DNA from: a candidate division FCPU426 bacterium
Lineage (GTDB): Bacteria > Oederibacteriota > Muellerivitia > Muellerivitales > Muellerivitaceae
Length of the DNA stretch: 64,000 bases
Direction: 5' to 3'
Assembly (NCBI GenBank): GCA_963847625.1
Contig: CAWKAR010000063.1
Span: 1-64,000, forward strand
The notes under the pieces were generated by a model that was given only the letters and a program-made list of their open reading frames with translations, made no database searches and was not told the DNA's origin. The position numbers and the translations under genes are program-made. Positions 58,159 to 64,000 of this stretch are shown piece by piece (position 1 is the first letter of the stretch; each line of letters starts with the position of its first letter).

Positions 58159-58770
58159 ATGCATATCTCCATCATCCTCGGACATCCTGATCCTGAAAGT
58201 TTCAACCATGCACTGGCAAGGAAAGTGCGCGATCAATTATTGAAACTGGGCCACCGGGTCTGGTTCCATGATTTATGCGCCGAGAGGTTTGACCCCATCC
58301 TGCCCGCCGAAGAACAGGGTCGAAACGCGAAACTGCCGCCTCTGGTGAGGGAACATTGCGACGAGATCGCCCTTGCCGAGGGCATTGTCATCATCCATCC
58401 CAATTGGTGGGGACAACCGCCGGCCATCCTGAAGGGCTGGGTGGACCGGGTCCTGCGGCCGGGGACGGCTTATGAATTCGAGGAGGGGGATCTCGATCTC
58501 GGGGAAGGGGTGCCTAGGGGACTGCTCAAGGCCAGGGCCGCGTTAATCCTGAACACCAGCAATACTACGACCCAGCGTGAAAGGAGAGTATTCGGCGACC
58601 CATTGGAGACCCTTTGGAAGCGTTGCGTCTTTGAATTTTGCGGAGTCAGGAAGGTCTACCGGAAAGTTTTCAATGTGGTTGTGACGAGCACACCCCAGGA
58701 ACGGCGATATTGGCTGGCTGAGGCCTCGGCCCTGGCGGCCAAGGTATTCCACAAAGCGGGAAAACCTTAG
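58159..58770 (+). CDS. NAD(P)H dehydrogenase (quinone), flavodoxin-2 family
   Basis: GHPDPESFNHA, PNWWGQPPAILKGWVDRV. Confidence 0.93.
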   Translation: MHISIILGHPDPESFNHALARKVRDQLLKLGHRVWFHDLCAERFDPILPAEEQGRNAKLPPLVREHCDEIALAEGIVIIHPNWWGQPPAILKGWVDRVLRPGTAYEFEEGDLDLGEGVPRGLLKARAALILNTSNTTTQRERRVFGDPLETLWKRCVFEFCGVRKVYRKVFNVVVTSTPQERRYWLAEASALAAKVFHKAGKP

Positions 58771-59414
58771 AATTTCAGGGGTTTCTTTTTTGATTTAAGG
58801 ATCTGCGTCAAAGCGATGTCGATATGCTTGTATATTTCGTTGGTCTCGATATTTTTTTCGCTTGCGAGATAACCGTCCTTGATTAAATTCGGAGTTGTCT
58901 CAACCGTTAGAAAATGCATGAGGATCGGGGCCACCGAGCTGTTGATCAATTCGATCAGAAATTGGTTGTCGGAACCCTGGACCAAATATCCCTTCCGGCG
59001 GCATTCCCTCAGTGTTTCCCGCAAGAGATTCACGGGGGTGAGTACTTTTCCGTAAAAACTTTTCCGGATGATTTTATTGATCTCCGGGTCCTTCAGGATC
59101 GGCCAAAGCAAGGTCCAGTTGTCCCGGACGAAAAAAGCGGCGCCGATGAGCAAAGCACGGAGTTTTTCGACCGGGTTTTTGTATTCAATCGGCGACTTGT
59201 TCGTCGTTTTATAGAAACTATCGAATAAATCCTGGATCACCTCTCCATAGAAGCGTTCCTTGGTCTTGAAGTAATAGTGGAAAAGGCCGTGGTTCACGCC
59301 CGCCCGCTGCATCAGGTGGCGGACGGAGAGATTCGTAAAGCTGTGGACCGACAACAGTTCGCGGCCGGCCTTGATGATGGCCTGCTTCGCGCTTTTTGAA
59401 AGTTTCATCATCAT
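58767..59414 (-). CDS. TetR/AcrR family regulator
   Basis: AIIKAGRELL...SVR.LM.RAGVN.GLFHYYFKTKE. Confidence 0.92.
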   Translation of the reverse strand: MMMKLSKSAKQAIIKAGRELLSVHSFTNLSVRHLMQRAGVNHGLFHYYFKTKERFYGEVIQDLFDSFYKTTNKSPIEYKNPVEKLRALLIGAAFFVRDNWTLLWPILKDPEINKIIRKSFYGKVLTPVNLLRETLRECRRKGYLVQGSDNQFLIELINSSVAPILMHFLTVETTPNLIKDGYLASEKNIETNEIYKHIDIALTQILKSKKKPLKF

Positions 59415-59524
59415 TCCCACCCCCGGGTAGATTAGCACGGATCCACCCACGCGGAACAGGGGACAGCTTGAAAGCATTTTCAAAAGGGGTTTTCTTCGAG
59501 AATCTTCCCGGCAAAAAAGGAAAA

Positions 59525-59575
59525 ATTACACAAACGTCTAAATGCGGCTTGACCCTATTACACGGCCGTGTAATA
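59525..59575. promoter_or_regulatory. Putative TetR operators in the divergent promoter
   Basis: Perfect 20-bp palindrome TATTACACGGCCGTGTAATA at 59556-59575 next to TTGACC; degenerate copy ATTACACAAACGTCTAA at 59525. Confidence 0.8.
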
Positions 59576-59599
59576 TTACGAGAGTGTGCTGAATAGGAA

Positions 59600-61113
59600 A
59601 TGGAAACCGGGCGGGGGTGGGATGTGAGGAATGCGTTTTTAATGGCGCTGGGCCTGTGGTTTGCGGCGGGCATTGCCGGGGCTCAGCAAAAATTGCCGTT
59701 GGAGGACTACCTCAACCAGGTGAGGTCCCAGGGGCCCGATTACAAGGCGGTCCAGGCCTCCGAAGAGGGGATGGAAGAGCAATCCCACCAGATGGACTTG
59801 ATTTACTCGCCTTTTTTAACCGCATCTTATAACCATCTACACGACCAAGCCCAGCAGCCCATTTTGATTTAACCGACCAGACTTTGGTGGATTCGGCGGG
59901 TGTCTCCCTCGTGGATAAATTGCCTTTCGGGCCGTCCATCGCTGTGGGCTACTCCTTCAATAACATGAATTTTACCTACTCGCCTGAATTCTATGGCCTG
60001 ATGCAGAGTTTTGGAATTAGCACTTCTTCTCTCGGTACTTCCTATTACCAGATCTCGCCGGTGGTTTTCATGTCCGTGCCCTTGCTCAAGGATTTCGGCG
60101 GTTCCCAAACCAGCGCAGGCGTCAAGAAAGTACAATACGGCCTCGATTCGGCCGCGAAAATGTTGTCCTATCAGAGGGAAGGGGTCTTGTACACCGCCAA
60201 GGTGACCTATTGGGGCCTGGCTTTGGCCCGCCAAGCGGCAGAAATCCGCCGGGACACCCTGGACCGGAACAATAAAATATGGGAATGGACCCAGCGGCGG
60301 GTGGAGCGCGACCTGGCGGACCCCTCCGATGCCCTGCAAGCGGAAGCCTCAGTGAGGGAGGCGGAATTGGAAATGAAGACGGCCTTGGATAACGAACGTT
60401 CGGCCAGGCTGGCCTTCAACCGGTTCCGCGACAAGGATGAGGACTCTGTCCCCGAACAACTGGACGCCCTCGAAGATTCGTTGAAGAAAACCAAGGCCGA
60501 CCTGCCCGTCCAGCCGCCCGCCCGGATGGACCTCCAGGCGGTGGATGCCCAAACCCGCGGGAAAAAAGCCGCGTACGACGAAACTTACCAAAATATTTAT
60601 CCCGATATCACCGCCTACGGTTCCTGGCGTGGAAACGGCTTGGATCCGAATCTCCCAAACGCCAACGATACCGCTTTTAGTACCGATCATCCCACCTGGA
60701 TGCTGGGCGCCCAGCTCAATTTGCCATTGGACGTGTTTACCGCCTCGCGCACCGCGAAGGGGTACAAGAGGGAATATGAGGGCGCGGTGCTGAACCTGAA
60801 GGGTAAGCAGTTGGAGGTGTCCCAGGCCTGGCGTGACATCCGGGACCGCCTGTCCGACGTGGAGGAACGGCTGGCCATGGCTGTCGAGATCGAGTCCCTC
60901 CGGAAGCGCAATGCCCTCGATGAAAAAGAGAAATTGGCCCAGGGACGCACGACCCAGTTCCAGTTTTTATCGCTTGAAAACGGGTATTCGCTGTCGCGGT
61001 TGAGGAGGCTGTCGCTCATCGCGGAGAAACTGGGGCTTTTGGCGAAGGCCCAATGGTACATGGCCGGGGGAAATCCCGGCCCCGAGGCCGCGCCGCCAGG
61101 AGCCGTGAAATGA
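59600..61113 (+). CDS. TolC family outer-membrane protein; frameshift near 59862-59865
   Basis: Signal peptide, VPLLKDFGG, YPDITA, GRTT.F..L; adding one T to ATTTTG joins the two ORFs. Confidence 0.85.
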
Positions 61114-64000
61114 ACCTCGCCGAATTATCCGTCAAGAGGCCCGTTTTCGTCGGATGCATCGTTGTGCTCGTCCTGGTGCTGGGCGTGCTCTCCATATTCA
61201 CCCTCGGCGTGGACCAGTTTCCGGATATCAACTATCCCGTCATTTCTGTGATCGTGCCCTACCGGGGCGCGGCGCCGGAGGAGCTGGAGTCCCTCGTCGC
61301 CAAAAAAATCGAGGACGAACTGAGCGCGATCCAGGGTGTCAAGCACCTGACGACCACTTGCGAGGAAAACGTCGCCGTCATCGTGTGCGAATTTACCCTG
61401 GAAACGAACAACCAGGTGGCCGAGCAAAACGTCCGCGACAAGATGACCTTTATCCGGTCCCAGCTTCCCAAGGACATCGACGAGCCCATCATCCGGCGTT
61501 TCGACCCCTCGGACCAGCCGGTCTACGTCCTCGCCATGGCGGCGGACCTGTCCGAGACCGGGAAATACAATTTCGCCAACGAGGTCATGAAGCCGCGCTT
61601 GTCGCAGATCGAGGGCGTCGGGTCCATCATGCTGATCGGGGGGACCAAACGGGAAATCCACGTTCTTTTGGATCGCAACCAGTTGAACAGCCACCAGGTC
61701 TCGGCCTCCATGGTGGCGGTGCGCATCGCCACCAACAGCCAGAACGTGCCGGTGGGGAACGTCGACCGGGGGCCCAAGGAGCTGCTTTTCCGCGCGGTGG
61801 GTGAGTACAACGACCTGGACCGCATCCGCCGAACGGTCGTCAACTTCGTGGGCTCGGACGTGTCGGTGCCGGTGGGGAAACTGGGGAGGGTCGAGGACGG
61901 CTCGGAAGAACTCACGAACATGGGGTTTGTCGACGGCCGGGATTGCGTCGTCCTGGTGGTTTTCAAACAGCGGGGCGCCAACACGGTGCAGGTGGTGGAC
62001 CGCGTGGCGGCGAAGGTCAAGGCCCTGAACCAGGAGTATAAGGACCTGCCGGGAAAACCGCAGCTTACCGGCATGATGGAGACGGCCTGGATGATCCGCA
62101 TGATCCTGGGCAACGTGGAAGAGTCCATTCTCCTGGGAATCCTGCTGACCATCCTGGTGGTGTACGTCTTCCTGGGCAACGTCCGCAACACCCTTATCGT
62201 GCTCTCTTCGCTTCCTGTGTCCCTTTTGGGCGCCTTCGCCTGCATGAAGCTCATGGGGTTCACCATCAACACCCTGACGCTCATGGCGGTGTCCCTGGTC
62301 GTGGGGCTCCTGGTGGACGACGCCATCGTGGTTTTGGAGAACATCTGGCGACACATCGAGGAGGGGGAAAAACCCCGGAAGGCCGCGGTGGCCGGCACCC
62401 AGCAGGTGACGCTGGCGGTCGTGGCCACCAGCCTGGTGATTATGGCGGTGTTCCTTCCCATCGGGTTCCTGAAGGGGCTGGTGGGACAGTTCTTCAAGGA
62501 ATTCGGTTTCACCATCAGTTTCGCCATGGCGGTCTCGCTTTTCGTTTCCCTGACCCTGATTCCCCTGTTGGCGGCCTACATCCACAAGCCGGACCAGGGC
62601 CGCGGGAGGGGCCCGGAAGCCCCGAAGAGGAGCGGTTGGCTCCTGCGCCGCTCCGAGGCTTTCCAAGGGTGGCTGGGCAACAAATACGTTTCCGTCGTGC
62701 GGTGGTGCATCCGCTTCCGCTGGGCGGTGGTGCTCCTGGCGGTCCTGGTGTTCGCGGGAAGCCTGGGACTGCTGCGCTACATCCCCATCGATTTCATGGG
62801 GCGCACGGAAGTCGGCTATTTCATGGTCAACCTCAAGGCCGCGCCGGACATCAACCTGAAAGCCTTGATGGATTCGGTGAACCGAATGACCGGCATCATC
62901 ACCCGGCATCCGGAGGTGTCCAGCGTGGGAGGGATGGCGGGGGCCATGGAACTCAGGGGGGCCGGGAAGAACACGGCCACTTTATTGGTGCGGCTGGTGC
63001 CGCCGGGAAAAAGGGCCATCCGCACGTCGGATTTCATGACGGTCCTGCGCAAGGAACTGGCGCCCTACCGGGAGTCCCTCCAGCCCCAAGTGCTGGACTT
63101 CAACCCGGTCAACCAGATGTCCCCCTTCAGCATGAACTTGAAGGGCGCGGACTACAAGGACCTGACGGATGCCGCTCCCCCAGTGATGGAGAAACTCAGG
63201 GCTGTCCCCGGCCTGGCCGACCTGACCCTCAACTACGACGGGGGCAAGCCCGAGTTCCACGTCGTTTTCGACCCCAAGAAACTGGAGGCCGCGGGAGTGA
63301 TGGGCGTGGAGGCCGGAATGGAATTACGCACCCAGGTGGATGGGGCGGTGCCGGCCAAATTCCGCGAGAACGGGCTGGAATACGACATCCGGGTGAGGCT
63401 CCAGGAGGACCAGCGCGACCTGCAGAAGGATTACAAGGACATCCTCGTCCCCAACCAGAACCACCGCCTGGTGCACTTGACCACCGTGGCCGACCCCGTC
63501 ACGACCCTGGGGCCATCCTCCATCAACCGCTACAACCGCACCCGTTATATCCAGGTCAGCGGCCAACTGGCGGCCGGGGCCTCATTGGGCGACGTCCTGA
63601 AGGAAGCCCGTAAAGTCATGGCTTCCATGACCCTTCCCAAAGGCGTCACGTACGAGTTCGTGGGGCAGGCCGAGGACCTCAATGACATGATCGGGAGCGT
63701 CCTTTGGGCCATGGGCCTGGCCCTGTTCTTCATGTACCTGATCCTGGCCAGCCTGTACGAATCCCCCGTCATCCCCCTCACCATCCTGCTGGCCGTCCCG
63801 CTGGCCATCGTGGGGGCGCTCTCCGCCCTTTGGGTCACCGGAATGCCCATGGACGTCAATTGCATGATCACTTTGATCCTCCTGTTGGGGCTGGTCACGA
63901 AGAACTCGATCCTGCTGGTGGACTACATTCTCCAGGCCAGGAGAAGGGGCCTTCCGCGCGAGGAAGCCATCGTGGAGGCGGGGCGAATCAGGCTGAGGCC
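61110..64000 (+). CDS. AcrB/AcrD/AcrF family RND permease (runs off the right edge)
   Basis: Not in the ORF track. Manual translation MNLAELSVKRPVF...VDQFPDINYP...YRGAAPEELES; GLLVDDAIVVLENI; GLVTKNSILLVD; GRIRLR. Confidence 0.96.
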   Translation, partial: MNLAELSVKRPVFVGCIVVLVLVLGVLSIFTLGVDQFPDINYPVISVIVPYRGAAPEELESLVAKKIEDELSAIQGVKHLTTTCEENVAVIVCEFTLETNNQVAEQNVRDKMTFIRSQLPKDIDEPIIRRFDPSDQPVYVLAMAADLSETGKYNFANEVMKPRLSQIEGVGSIMLIGGTKREIHVLLDRNQLNSHQVSASMVAVRIATNSQNVPVGNVDRGPKELLFRAVGEYNDLDRIRRTVVNFVGSDVSVPVGKLGRVEDGSEELTNMGFVDGRDCVVLVVFKQRGANTVQVVDRVAAKVKALNQEYKDLPGKPQLTGMMETAWMIRMILGNVEESILLGILLTILVVYVFLGNVRNTLIVLSSLPVSLLGAFACMKLMGFTINTLTLMAVSLVVGLLVDDAIVVLENIWRHIEEGEKPRKAAVAGTQQVTLAVVATSLVIMAVFLPIGFLKGLVGQFFKEFGFTISFAMAVSLFVSLTLIPLLAAYIHKPDQGRGRGPEAPKRSGWLLRRSEAFQGWLGNKYVSVVRWCIRFRWAVVLLAVLVFAGSLGLLRYIPIDFMGRTEVGYFMVNLKAAPDINLKALMDSVNRMTGIITRHPEVSSVGGMAGAMELRGAGKNTATLLVRLVPPGKRAIRTSDFMTVLRKELAPYRESLQPQVLDFNPVNQMSPFSMNLKGADYKDLTDAAPPVMEKLRAVPGLADLTLNYDGGKPEFHVVFDPKKLEAAGVMGVEAGMELRTQVDGAVPAKFRENGLEYDIRVRLQEDQRDLQKDYKDILVPNQNHRLVHLTTVADPVTTLGPSSINRYNRTRYIQVSGQLAAGASLGDVLKEARKVMASMTLPKGVTYEFVGQAEDLNDMIGSVLWAMGLALFFMYLILASLYESPVIPLTILLAVPLAIVGALSALWVTGMPMDVNCMITLILLLGLVTKNSILLVDYILQARRRGLPREEAIVEAGRIRLR

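Noticed and set aside
61125..63613. Long ORFs 61125..62909 (-), 61523..62527 (-) and 62636..63613 (+)
   Set aside because: Shadow frames of the GC-rich RND permease gene starting at 61110.

Overview
Bacterial chromosomal window from a diderm organism. Many Pro/Thr-linker secreted proteins and a YPNP...KVLILR C-terminal domain suggest a lineage such as candidate phylum FCPU426; this is an inference, not verified. Bases 1 to about 9.45 kb look like an AT-rich integrative element. It carries the 5' part of a serine recombinase running off the left edge, a ribbon-helix-helix gene, a small hypothetical gene and a membrane-anchored winged-helix-like protein flanked by helically phased TGGGAA arrays. 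It also carries a non-coding block of palindromic and G-rich repeats, and a lipoprotein followed by tandem paralogous secreted proteins, one of them preceded by a relic alternative 3' end of the lipoprotein gene (orphan-cassette layout). A GT-C glycosyltransferase, an intact IS5 that splits a secreted-protein gene, and att-like palindromes complete it. The rest is mostly core or semi-core. It includes methyltransferases, an HI0933 flavoprotein, a pilin, two PilZ proteins, a XylF-like binding protein, PQQ/PT-rich secreted proteins, a c-di-AMP riboswitch plus K+ transporter-USP gene, csp, bshB1, recA, asmA, mazG, bioF-bioD-bioA, rimO-pgsA-pgpA-cinA-thpR, mntH-usp and TetR/TolC/RND. A module of palindrome + HPr-like gene + small ORF occurs twice, about 18 kb apart. 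Three genes have single-base homopolymer frameshifts that are probably sequencing errors. All calls come from reading motifs by eye; no database search was run.
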